From IMG/VR virus record IMGVR_UViG_3300008116_000002: a stretch of 64,000 nucleotides of DNA; one strand, 5' to 3'. The notes under the pieces were generated by a model. It saw only the letters and a program-made list of their open reading frames with translations. It ran no database searches and was not told the origin of the DNA. The position numbers were made by a program, and so were the translations under genes. The first letter of the stretch is position 1. Every line of letters starts with the position of its first letter. The stretch comes from a virus. Its lineage: Duplodnaviria > Caudoviricetes. Below, piece after piece: positions 29,604 through 38,652 of this stretch.

Positions 29604-30150
29604 GCAACCTGCAGAGCCTGCTCATTATGTAGACAATAAAAAGTTTTTACAGGCTCTTATAGACTACAGAAAATTAATAGATGCAGCCAATGCTGCAGGT
29701 GAAGAAATTCCTAGAGTTCCTGATTATATAGGTGAGTGCTTTGTTAAGATTGCTACACACTTATCATATAAATCAAACTTCATTAATTACACTTTCCGAG
29801 ATGATATGATTTCGGACGGCATAGAAAATTGTTTAACTGCCGCCGCAAAATTTGATCCTTCAAAATCATCCAATCCATTTGCTTATTATACCCAAATCAT
29901 TTATTTTGCCTTTATTCGTAGAATACAAAAAGAGAAAAAGCATCAGGCGACTAAATACAAAATAATTGAAAACTTAGATTTAGATTCAATTATTCAACAA
30001 AATGATGACAGCGAATCTGCAAGACAATTGATAGAGTTTTTGAAAAAACAATTGGATGGAATCGATCCCGAAAAAAGAGAAACTCCTGCTCAAACCAAAG
30101 CTAGAAAAAAGAAACAGTCTGAACCATCTATGGACTTTTTGGATGAATAA
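29545..30150 (+). CDS. gp55: late-transcription sigma factor gp55
   Basis: HYVDNKKFLQAL...YIGECFVKIATHLSYKSNFINYTFRDDMISDGIENC...NPFAYYTQIIYFAFIRRIQKEKK; C-terminal SMDFLDE clamp-binding motif; ATG at 29545 preferred to the track start at 29524. Confidence 0.96.
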   Translation: MEEKIPILEELEEVQELSTKQPAEPAHYVDNKKFLQALIDYRKLIDAANAAGEEIPRVPDYIGECFVKIATHLSYKSNFINYTFRDDMISDGIENCLTAAAKFDPSKSSNPFAYYTQIIYFAFIRRIQKEKKHQATKYKIIENLDLDSIIQQNDDSESARQLIEFLKKQLDGIDPEKRETPAQTKARKKKQSEPSMDFLDE

Positions 30151-30153
30151 TAT

Positions 30154-30750
30154 ATGGATCATGATTTAGAATTTGAGAAGCAATATTGGAATACTTGCGT
30201 TAATACTTTTTATGAGGACAAGAAGCAGTATACATATGCTAGTTATATGGGATTAACTAGAATGTGGGATAGTTTTGATGTACAACATAAAACCATTCTG
30301 GATATTGGTGGCGGTCCTAGTAGTATGCTTTTGCGATGCGTAAATTTAAAAAAAGGAAAGATAGTAGATCCCATAGATTATCCGCAATGGACAAAAGATA
30401 GATATGCAATTCATAATGTAGATGTTGAAGTAAACTATGGTGAAAATATAAATGAAAAAGGTTGGGATGAGGTTTGGATATATAATTGTTTACAACATGT
30501 TGAAAGTCCAGAAAAAATATTATTGAATGCGTTGAAGGCGGGAAAATTACTAAGACTTTTTGAATGGATAAACATTCCTCCGCATCCCGGACATCCTCAC
30601 GAGTTGACTTCTTCACTATTTTATAATATACTTACGGATGTTACTAAAACTAAATACTCCAGTGTAGTGAATCTTTGGGACGAGCCTTCGGCTTGTTATG
30701 GTGAAGCTTTTTATGATGTTTTTGAATCGTTAATATATGAGCAAAATTAA
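30154..30750 (+). CDS. class I SAM-dependent methyltransferase
   Basis: ILDIGGGPSS SAM-binding motif; YNCLQHV...PEKIL. Confidence 0.75.
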   Translation: MDHDLEFEKQYWNTCVNTFYEDKKQYTYASYMGLTRMWDSFDVQHKTILDIGGGPSSMLLRCVNLKKGKIVDPIDYPQWTKDRYAIHNVDVEVNYGENINEKGWDEVWIYNCLQHVESPEKILLNALKAGKLLRLFEWINIPPHPGHPHELTSSLFYNILTDVTKTKYSSVVNLWDEPSACYGEAFYDVFESLIYEQN

Positions 30751-31591
30751 AGTATCTGAATTATTTTATTCTATCCAAGGTGAGGGGCGTTATATGGGCG
30801 TCCCTTCAATCTTTCTTAGAACCTTCGGTTGTAATTTTACATGCGATGGATTTGGTGTACCGAAAGGATTTGTAAATCATGCGCGAGACATTGTCGCCAA
30901 AGACGTTCATCTTTATAAGACTTATAAAGAGCTTCCTCTTGTATCCACTGGTTGTGATTCATACGCTAGTTGGGATCCTCGTTTCAAGCATCTTTCTCCC
31001 GTTCTATCTTGTGACAGTGTTGCCGAGGCAATTGTCGAACTACTTCCACACAAAGAGTGGAAAGACGAACATCTAGTTATTACGGGTGGAGAACCCTTAT
31101 TGGGTTGGCAAAAAGCATACCCACTATTGTTAGAGCATCCTAAGATGAAAAATTTGGATGAACTAACTTTTGAGACTAATGGTACTCAGCGTTTGAATCC
31201 TGAGTTAGAAGAATATCTATTTCAGGAATGGACTCGGTTTGGTCGAGACTATGATAAGTTAACTTTTTCAGTATCGCCTAAATTATCGGTATCGGGTGAA
31301 TCAAAAGAAGATGCTTTGAAACCTGAAGTAATTAAACAGTATCAGGATGTAGGATATACTTATCTAAAGTTTGTTGTGGCTTCGGAAGAGGATTTAAATG
31401 AAGCTGAAGAATGGATTGAGGAATATAAAAAGGCAGGCTTTAGTGGCCCAGTATATTTTATGCCGGTAGGTGGAGTCGAATCTGTTTACGTCTTAAATAA
31501 TAAGAAGGTGGCAGAGTTGGCGTTGAAAAGAGGTTATAGGTATTCTGATAGATTGCAGGTGCCTTTATTTAAAAATGAATGGGGCACTTAA
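30737..31591 (+). CDS. queE: 7-carboxy-7-deazaguanine synthase (radical SAM)
   Basis: ELFYSIQGEG...PSIFLRTFGCNFTC...CDS, VITGGEPL, FETNGT, SVSPKL, LKFVV, R(L)QV..F..EWGT. Confidence 0.9.
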   Translation: MSKIKVSELFYSIQGEGRYMGVPSIFLRTFGCNFTCDGFGVPKGFVNHARDIVAKDVHLYKTYKELPLVSTGCDSYASWDPRFKHLSPVLSCDSVAEAIVELLPHKEWKDEHLVITGGEPLLGWQKAYPLLLEHPKMKNLDELTFETNGTQRLNPELEEYLFQEWTRFGRDYDKLTFSVSPKLSVSGESKEDALKPEVIKQYQDVGYTYLKFVVASEEDLNEAEEWIEEYKKAGFSGPVYFMPVGGVESVYVLNNKKVAELALKRGYRYSDRLQVPLFKNEWGT

Positions 31592-31768
31592 ATGTATGAA
31601 ACTCATAAACGAACTTTTTTAAGAGCAGTAACTTGGAGAATAGTTGCTACTCTTGTTACTGCAATATGGACAGGATTAAGCGGAGCCATTATTATAAACA
31701 TTTTTATGACAGTGGCACACTATATACATGAACGGGCATGGCTCAAGGTGAAGTGGGGAAGATTTTAA
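31592..31768 (+). CDS. small membrane protein, DUF2061-like (58 aa; below the ORF-track cut-off)
   Basis: Manual translation MYETHKRTFLRAVTWRIVATLVTAIWTGLSGAIIINIFMTVAHYIHERAWLKVKWGRF; fills the queE/PRTase gap exactly. Confidence 0.75.
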   Translation: MYETHKRTFLRAVTWRIVATLVTAIWTGLSGAIIINIFMTVAHYIHERAWLKVKWGRF

Positions 31769-32194
31769 ATGAGATATTCTTTTCAGGAGTTTGATGAAGA
31801 TATACATTATCTAGTTAAACAAATAGAACAATCTTCAAAAAAATATGATTATGTGGTTGGTATTAAACGAGGTGGTCTAATACCCGCAGTTTGTATCTCT
31901 AATGCATTAAAGGTTCCATTATATAGTTTATCTTGGTCTACTAGAGATTTTCCATATAGTGATACTCATAATTCAGCTCTTGCCCCACTCTCAAAAATAC
32001 TTTTGGTAGATGATCTTTGTGATTCAGGCAAAACCTTAATTGGAATAAAAGAGTTATATTCCTTTTGCGATATTGACACGGCGGTGTTATTATATAATGT
32101 GGATCAAATCCATGTACCAACATACTATGCTAAAGAATTTAGTAGAAAAGAACAAAAAGAATTTATTGATTTCTGGTGGGAAGATTATAAATAA
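31769..32194 (+). CDS. type I phosphoribosyltransferase (Gpt-like)
   Basis: VVGIKRGGLIPA and the PRPP-binding loop ILLVDDLCDSGKTL; C-terminal IDFWWE. Confidence 0.85.
   Translation: MRYSFQEFDEDIHYLVKQIEQSSKKYDYVVGIKRGGLIPAVCISNALKVPLYSLSWSTRDFPYSDTHNSALAPLSKILLVDDLCDSGKTLIGIKELYSFCDIDTAVLLYNVDQIHVPTYYAKEFSRKEQKEFIDFWWEDYK
32186..32193 (+). promoter_or_regulatory. T4-type late promoter upstream of folE
   Basis: Exact TATAAATA overlapping the PRTase stop, about 60 nt before the folE ATG. Confidence 0.7.
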
Positions 32195-32197
32195 CTA

Positions 32198-32250
32198 TGT
32201 CACATAAAGGTGACAAATTTCTAAACTCATATCCGTGTAAGGAAGGATTC
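32198..32250 (+). promoter_or_regulatory. structured folE leader (candidate cis-regulatory RNA)
   Basis: TGTCAC-ATAAAG-GTGACA hairpin, then AAACTC and ATCC...GGAT pairing that covers the GGAAGGA Shine-Dalgarno. Confidence 0.35.
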
Positions 32251-32254
32251 AAAA

Positions 32255-32932
32255 ATGTCATATAACAAAACAAAAACTGACCCTGAACTTGGTGCAAGGG
32301 TACATGAACATCTTGTAAAGATGGGCGTGGAAACTCCCTCATTTAAAACAACACTAGACCGTAAAGATAAGATTGCAGAAATTGAAAAAAGTTTCAGTCA
32401 TATCATGCAGGTATTGGGTCTTGATTTAGACGACGATAGTCTAGCAGAAACTCCAAAGCGTGTTGCTAAGATGTACGTGAATGAAATTTTCTGGGGACTA
32501 GATTACGACGCATTCCCTAAGTGTACTACTGTTGATAATAAGATGCATTACAATGAAATGGTAGTAGAACGTAATGTCATTGTTCAAAGTAATTGCGAAC
32601 ATCACTTTGTAGTTATTGACGGTCTTGCTACAGTAGCATATGTACCTAATAAAAAAGTATTGGGACTAAGTAAAATTAATCGTATTGTGGAATACTTTAG
32701 TAAGCGTCCACAGATTCAGGAACGTCTAACAGAGCAAATTTTTCATGCACTAAGTTATATTCTTGAAACAGATGATGTCGCAGTAATGATTGATGCTCAG
32801 CATTACTGTGTAAAATCTCGAGGCGTAGAAGATACGGGCAGTTCGACAGTAACAGTTCGTCTCGGTGGTGGCTTTAAAACCGATCCTGCAGCAAGAAATG
32901 AATTTTTAAGTATTGCCCGAATGGGAAAATAA
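32255..32932 (+). CDS. folE: GTP cyclohydrolase I
   Basis: ETPKRVAKMY, SNCEHHF, LGLSKINRIVEYFSKRPQIQERLT, HYCVKSRGV. Confidence 0.96.
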   Translation: MSYNKTKTDPELGARVHEHLVKMGVETPSFKTTLDRKDKIAEIEKSFSHIMQVLGLDLDDDSLAETPKRVAKMYVNEIFWGLDYDAFPKCTTVDNKMHYNEMVVERNVIVQSNCEHHFVVIDGLATVAYVPNKKVLGLSKINRIVEYFSKRPQIQERLTEQIFHALSYILETDDVAVMIDAQHYCVKSRGVEDTGSSTVTVRLGGGFKTDPAARNEFLSIARMGK

Positions 32933-33445
32933 ATGACAGTTAATATTATGGTTGATCTGGAGACAATGTCTACTAGATCACACGCTGCGATTTGTTCAAT
33001 AGGTGCAGTAAAGTTTGAAGGTAAAGAGATTCTCGATACCTTTTACTGCACCATTGACTTACGAACCTGCAAAGATGTTGGATTGCATATATCTAAAGAA
33101 ACTGTGGAGTGGTGGTCAAAGCAAAACAAAGAAGCACTAAGAGCTTTAACTAAAGACACAATACCTTTGCAAGAAGCCTTAGATAAATTTGAGATTTGGT
33201 TAGGTCCTAAAAGTTTACCTGTCTGGGGGAATGGTGCAGTATTTGATAATACAATTCTTGCTAATGCATATTTTTATTCGGGTAGAGAACCTCCTTGGAA
33301 ATGTTGGGATGACAGATGTTATCGAACGGTTAAGAATTTATTCCATTGGATTCCTGCAGACGAGAGAGAAGGTGTTTATCATAATGCTTTAGATGATGCT
33401 ATGTATCAGACAAAACATTTAATAAAGATTTTAGGTGAAGAATGA
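32933..33445 (+). CDS. DEDDh 3'-5' exonuclease (DexA-like)
   Basis: MVDLETM, WGNGAVFD, HNALDDA. Confidence 0.8.
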   Translation: MTVNIMVDLETMSTRSHAAICSIGAVKFEGKEILDTFYCTIDLRTCKDVGLHISKETVEWWSKQNKEALRALTKDTIPLQEALDKFEIWLGPKSLPVWGNGAVFDNTILANAYFYSGREPPWKCWDDRCYRTVKNLFHWIPADEREGVYHNALDDAMYQTKHLIKILGEE

Positions 33446-34806
33446 ATACGTATCGTAAAAGAATTGCATTTTGCTTAAGTGATCAACATACTATCCCTCA
33501 TGGTGGCCTTGGTCAATTTGCTAAATCCTTCGTTGAGACTTTTACCCCTCTCGGATATAAGATCGATATCATCACAGACAAACCCACAACCAATTTAGAT
33601 TTTAAAAAATATTTAGAATCAGTTGGTGCTAACTTCGAATGGTGTCCTCAACCAATATCATATAGTAATCACACCAAAACATTTATGTTTGAAGATTCCT
33701 ATAACTTTGAGAAGATGGCATCGTTTAGAGATGCTATGATGCATGCTTTAAGTAGAAATCTCTATGACATTATTATCTGCAACACATTAGAATCTTTTCC
33801 CGCAATCTATTCGTTGAACCTACACAAAAATGTACAAATTATTTACTATACTCACAACGAAAGTATGGTATTTCTTGATGACAGAACTTGGAAGAATGAA
33901 TTTACAGAATCCTTTAACGAGGTGTTCAACGCATTGATGCGTGTTAAAGGCATTACTATAGGTACACAGACAGAGAGAAATTTAGTAGAATTAAATCATA
34001 ATGGTATTTTAAATTCAGAGTGTTTACCGATTCCAATGACTGAAACTAGTTTGTTGGAAGAAAATTTTAATATTAGAGAAGGTATTCTTTGGATCGGTCG
34101 TTGGGAGCCAAGAAAGAATCCTGATGAATATATTCGAGTAATTAAAGAAACAGGATTGCCTGCAAAAATTATTACCAATACAAATGGTGCAAAAAAGTTC
34201 GCAGCTGAACTAGATGCAATAGGCGCTAAATATGAGATGAAGGTTGGGGTGTATGGAAAAGAGAAATCTGATTTTCTAAGATCTGCTAGGATAGCATATA
34301 ACCCTGCTATTCGAGAAAGTTTTGGATTGGCATTTTGGGAAACGCTTGGACATATGCCAACCTTTGCTTTAGATGGTATGTCTTGGTTGAAAAATTTTAA
34401 TAGTACTTTTTACTTTGCCGAAAGTAAAAATGTAATGGTCAATAAAATTAAAGATGCCTACGAAAAATATTCTAATCCAAAAGATTGGTATGATACTGGA
34501 GCATTAGAATATGTTAAGAACATTAATAACGAAGGTATCAAAAAATGGATTGCCTGCTTTGATAGTTTTAAACCAACTCAATCAAATTCAGATAAAGCAA
34601 AAATTAATGAAGTGGAAACCACATCATATAAAGAGTTCATTATAAGTCTAGAAAGAAAGGCTTTGGCTATCGACGATGTCAAATCTGTATTGACAAACAA
34701 AGGAAAATTTAATATAATCTATACTGATGAGAACACTTATTTAACCAAAGATAAAGACTTTATACCAACCGAAAGAAGTAACTCCTTAGAAAGTTTATTT
34801 GTATGA
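33442..34806 (+). CDS. GT-B (GT4-like) glycosyltransferase with a C-terminal clamp-binding-like motif
   Basis: PHGGLGQF, ILWIGRWEPRKNP, RESFGLAFWE (E-x7-E); ends SLESLFV. Confidence 0.8.
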   Translation: MNTYRKRIAFCLSDQHTIPHGGLGQFAKSFVETFTPLGYKIDIITDKPTTNLDFKKYLESVGANFEWCPQPISYSNHTKTFMFEDSYNFEKMASFRDAMMHALSRNLYDIIICNTLESFPAIYSLNLHKNVQIIYYTHNESMVFLDDRTWKNEFTESFNEVFNALMRVKGITIGTQTERNLVELNHNGILNSECLPIPMTETSLLEENFNIREGILWIGRWEPRKNPDEYIRVIKETGLPAKIITNTNGAKKFAAELDAIGAKYEMKVGVYGKEKSDFLRSARIAYNPAIRESFGLAFWETLGHMPTFALDGMSWLKNFNSTFYFAESKNVMVNKIKDAYEKYSNPKDWYDTGALEYVKNINNEGIKKWIACFDSFKPTQSNSDKAKINEVETTSYKEFIISLERKALAIDDVKSVLTNKGKFNIIYTDENTYLTKDKDFIPTERSNSLESLFV

Positions 34807-36092
34807 GCAAACAATTAGAATATGTTATATCAGGTCCTGCATACTTAAGACTGGGTGCAGAGCAATGTAATGATCCTGAGACTTTAGACATGATTAATAG
34901 CATGATTCTAAATACTGTTCACAATAAAAATAACCATCAGTTTTCTCTTTTGTATAATGGATTTACAGAAAAGAACTTTGGAGCCAAATTACAAAAGTAC
35001 AGACCAGCAATTAAAAATATTCATGCAGACTCAGGCGGTCTGCAAATTATTACTAGGGGTCTACAAAATACTCCTGAGACAAGAGAAAAGGTTTATACGA
35101 ATCAAGGAACCTATGCAGACATAGGTATGGCATTTGACGAAATTCCTGTTAAGGCAACAACTTCATCTGGCACTAGTTCTAAGATTGATACTAAGCGTCG
35201 CTATGTAGATATAGAAAATTTTGATGCTTATGCAAAGCAAACAGGTAAGAATGTAAAAGATCAGATTGAAAAATTTGATGCTATGGGAAGTAAATGCCGA
35301 CCATTTGTTATTGTACAAGGATCGGGTCATGATACCTATGCTAGATGGTCTGAGTTATTATTAAAAGAAATACCACAAAATTTACACAACAGAATAGGCG
35401 GAGTTGCTATGGGATCCGCTGCTTTAGGCATGGGTCCTTTGGAAGATGTTAAACGAGCATTTTATGCAACGACTGTTCCTTTTGATAAACCTTTTCATCT
35501 ACACGTTCTTGGTGTAGGTGCATTAAAACGAATCCTTCCTTATCTATTGTTTAGTCAAACTGGTTTATATGAAGGCATAGATATTTCATATGACTCAACT
35601 ACACATTCTATGTCGCTGGACAATGGATTGTTTTATTTCTCATTTAGCAAAAAGAATGCGCCAGGTGATTATGGCGGATCATCTGTAAAAATGGGAAGGG
35701 CATATTCTAATATTTACAGAACAGTATCTGAAGAAATTAATTCTGTATGTGGTACATCATATGACCCCGAGGAGTATCACAAGTTAATGAATATTGCTGT
35801 TGGACAATATTTAGAAGAAGGCGGAAAGTTTATTGACATTATGAGAGCAAGATTGGGGTTTATTCTAACCAATGTACATAATTTTACATATGACGTTTCT
35901 AATCTAATGAATTCTAAAGAAGCATTTTTAAAATTCTGCAGAGAAAAGAATTGTGAAAACGAATATGCCACATTATTTGACGTAAAAACAATTGATGACT
36001 TCAATCATTGGGAATCTCAGGTAGGTAAATTTATGGATTCAGAGCCAGTGAATATTGTAGCACCATCTTCACTTGAGGAGTTATTTGCATGA
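34803..36092 (+). CDS. dpdA: TGT-fold 7-deazaguanine DNA transglycosylase (DpdA-like)
   Basis: HADSGGLQ (TGT DSGGFQ motif), MAFDEIP, FVIVQG, LHVLGVG, SYDSTTHS; embedded among folE/queD/queE; ends SLEELFA. Confidence 0.75.
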   Translation: MSKQLEYVISGPAYLRLGAEQCNDPETLDMINSMILNTVHNKNNHQFSLLYNGFTEKNFGAKLQKYRPAIKNIHADSGGLQIITRGLQNTPETREKVYTNQGTYADIGMAFDEIPVKATTSSGTSSKIDTKRRYVDIENFDAYAKQTGKNVKDQIEKFDAMGSKCRPFVIVQGSGHDTYARWSELLLKEIPQNLHNRIGGVAMGSAALGMGPLEDVKRAFYATTVPFDKPFHLHVLGVGALKRILPYLLFSQTGLYEGIDISYDSTTHSMSLDNGLFYFSFSKKNAPGDYGGSSVKMGRAYSNIYRTVSEEINSVCGTSYDPEEYHKLMNIAVGQYLEEGGKFIDIMRARLGFILTNVHNFTYDVSNLMNSKEAFLKFCREKNCENEYATLFDVKTIDDFNHWESQVGKFMDSEPVNIVAPSSLEELFA

Positions 36093-36484
36093 TTATTAGG
36101 CAAGACGTTAGACCCAATAAAATGATCTGGGTTACCTTTCGCAAAGAAGGTATTCATTGTTATCCCGCAGCAGCCACAGATCCTAATCTAGCAACAGGAG
36201 ACAAATATGATGTTTCGTTCCTTGCCAATCCTCATCGGCATATTTTTCATTTCAGGGTGTGGATCTCCATCACTCACAATGACCGTGATATCGAGTTCAT
36301 CCAATTCAAACGGTGGTTGGAATCATTGTATTCAGGGGAAGAAGATTGTTTGCGATTGGACTACAAATCATGCGAGATGATGTCAGATGAATTATATGAA
36401 AGAATAACACAAAGATATCCTAATAGAGAAGTTTGGATTGAAGTATCCGAAGATGGTGAGAATGGTTCTTTTATTAAATACTGA
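36089..36484 (+). CDS. QueD-paralog T-fold protein, DpdL-like (putative CDG decarboxylase)
   Basis: FLANPHRHIF = LxxxHRHxF in place of the QueD CxxxHGH; SCEMM..ELY...EVSEDGENG resembles the QueD C-terminus. Confidence 0.55.
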   Translation: MIIRQDVRPNKMIWVTFRKEGIHCYPAAATDPNLATGDKYDVSFLANPHRHIFHFRVWISITHNDRDIEFIQFKRWLESLYSGEEDCLRLDYKSCEMMSDELYERITQRYPNREVWIEVSEDGENGSFIKY

Positions 36485-36491
36485 GGTTTAA

Positions 36492-37670
36492 ATGAATAAA
36501 TTATATTACATGGGCTTAGAGCCTTACGAAGGTAGATATACTCTTCAGCTTCAACAATGGAATGAAGAAGTATTTAAACGTCGAGGCATTAATTATGAAA
36601 TTATTCATGGTGATACCTTAGATAATTCTAAAGCAATTGTCACGGGACAAGTATTAGATGCACATGGAAGAAGCTATTATTCTTTGACGCAGATGGCAAA
36701 GCTTGTTCAAAAGATGAAAGCGGGCGAAATAAGATATGATGATGTAATTTTCTTTGAGGATATGTTTACCCCCGGTATAGAAGCTCTTCCATATATTATG
36801 GATCAGTGTGGCTGGGAATATCAACCAAGAGTTTTTGTTCGTTGTCTAGCACAGACTATTGATCCTGATGACTTTCTTCATGTCTGGGATATGCAGGAGT
36901 GGATGGCACATTATGAGAAGATGGTAAATGTATGGGTAAACGGAGTTCTTGCTTCTAATGAAGAAATGGTAGCCCATATGAAAATTGCAGGTTGGAATGT
37001 TCCTATGTATAATATTTCTGGTCTTGCTTTTAGTAAAGATGAAGTTAGAAGTAGAGTTAAGGAAATTAAACCTTTTCAGGAAAGAAAAAATCGAGTTGTC
37101 TTTGCTGCAAGATTCGATCAAGAAAAACAACCTGATTTCTTTATGGATATTGTAGAACATTATGGGCCTAATTCTGATATAGAATTTGCAGTATTGTCAG
37201 GTGGCCCATTACGCAGCAATGATGAAAAATATTTAGAAAGAGCAAAGCAACTTCAGGCTACTAATTCTAATTTTAAAATTTATGAAAATTTGCAAAAGAA
37301 TGAATATTATGAAATTCTTGCAGATTCGAAAGTTCTATTTAATTGCGCACTACAGGATTGGGTAAGTAATACTGCATCAGAAGCAGACGCTCTAGGAACA
37401 AATTGTTTATTTCCTGCGTATAGATCATTCCCTGAGACTTTTGCTAATGATGCAGAATGCCTTTATATCCCTTGGTCAAAAGAAGACGCTACAAATAAAC
37501 TTGAATGTTTATTAGAATTTCCTAGAAGCAATATAGGTAAACTAGCAGATTGGACTTCAGGAACTATTGATAGATGTTTAGATATTATTCTTTCAAATCC
37601 TGCAGCAAATGAGTATAATAGAAATGTTAAAACATATCGAAACTTTTTAGCACAAAGTAAATATGAATAA
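36492..37670 (+). CDS. GT-B glycosyltransferase
   Basis: VVFAARFDQEKQPDFF, LQKNEYYEIL, ALQDWVSNTASEADALG. Confidence 0.75.
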   Translation: MNKLYYMGLEPYEGRYTLQLQQWNEEVFKRRGINYEIIHGDTLDNSKAIVTGQVLDAHGRSYYSLTQMAKLVQKMKAGEIRYDDVIFFEDMFTPGIEALPYIMDQCGWEYQPRVFVRCLAQTIDPDDFLHVWDMQEWMAHYEKMVNVWVNGVLASNEEMVAHMKIAGWNVPMYNISGLAFSKDEVRSRVKEIKPFQERKNRVVFAARFDQEKQPDFFMDIVEHYGPNSDIEFAVLSGGPLRSNDEKYLERAKQLQATNSNFKIYENLQKNEYYEILADSKVLFNCALQDWVSNTASEADALGTNCLFPAYRSFPETFANDAECLYIPWSKEDATNKLECLLEFPRSNIGKLADWTSGTIDRCLDIILSNPAANEYNRNVKTYRNFLAQSKYE

Positions 37671-38652
37671 TACTGTTATTGTAACGGGTGCCGCCGGTTA
37701 TATCGGTGGTACCATATGCGCTAAGCTCAAAGAAAAGGGGTATTCTGTTGTAGGTATAGATAGAAGAGAATTGCCCTCTCATCTATATCAATACATAGAC
37801 CATTTCCTTAAGGTAGATTTTACACATGAGTTTTCTTTAAGGCGTATTGACAGAAAACCGTTGGCGGTTATTCATTGCGCCGGAACAAGTTTAGTTGGTC
37901 CTAGTATTGAAAATCCAAGTGGTTATTATGACAATAATGTAGTTAAAACTTTAAAGTATATAGATTACATAAGATCTCATTCTCCATATACTAAATTTAT
38001 TTTTAGTAGTAGTGCATCTGTATATGGTAATCCGATGAGTTCAAAACCAATTACTGAAAATTTTGACACTAACCCGATCTCGCCATACGGTCAGTCTAAA
38101 TTGATGACTGAGATGATGCTAAAATCTTTTAAAAGTGCCTATGATTTAAAATATGTTTCATTCAGATATTTTAATGCGTGCGGTGCCTTAAGCGATGGCG
38201 CACATGGTCAGGATCCCGATGCAACGCATATATTTGCCAGACTCTTTGAATCAATAAAAAAAGAAACACAATTCTTTTTAAATGGCAAAGATTATGTAAC
38301 AAAGGATGGAACCTGCATACGAGATTATGTCCATGTAGAGGATATAGCCAATGCACACATAATAGCTATTGAAAAAAATATCGAAGGGATATATAATATA
38401 GGATCAGATACAGGTACGTCTAATCTAGAAATTATTAAACAGGTAGGTAAATTTTTCGGGAAACCTCTATCAATAGAGATTAAAGAACAAAGAATGGGGG
38501 ATCCCGCAATTTTAGTTGCAAGTGCTAAAAAGTTATCTGATGAAACAGGCTGGAAAGCAGAACATAGTATCAAAAAAATTATTAAAGATTTAAATGATTG
38601 GTATGACTCTGAAAACTATGCCAAGAGGACTAAGGCAATCATCCCTCTATAA
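37663..38652 (+). CDS. galE: UDP-glucose 4-epimerase
   Basis: VTGAAGYIGG, FSSSASVYG, YGQSK (YxxxK), FRYFNACG, DGTCIRDYVHVEDIA. Confidence 0.9.
   Translation: MNNTVIVTGAAGYIGGTICAKLKEKGYSVVGIDRRELPSHLYQYIDHFLKVDFTHEFSLRRIDRKPLAVIHCAGTSLVGPSIENPSGYYDNNVVKTLKYIDYIRSHSPYTKFIFSSSASVYGNPMSSKPITENFDTNPISPYGQSKLMTEMMLKSFKSAYDLKYVSFRYFNACGALSDGAHGQDPDATHIFARLFESIKKETQFFLNGKDYVTKDGTCIRDYVHVEDIANAHIIAIEKNIEGIYNIGSDTGTSNLEIIKQVGKFFGKPLSIEIKEQRMGDPAILVASAKKLSDETGWKAEHSIKKIIKDLNDWYDSENYAKRTKAIIPL

Noticed and set aside
34803-36092. Calling the TGT-fold gene a tRNA queuine transglycosylase (tgt)
   Set aside because: It lacks the bacterial Tgt zinc-binding CxCxxC motif, sits in a phage DNA-modification context and has a clamp-binding-like tail; a DNA substrate is preferred but unproven
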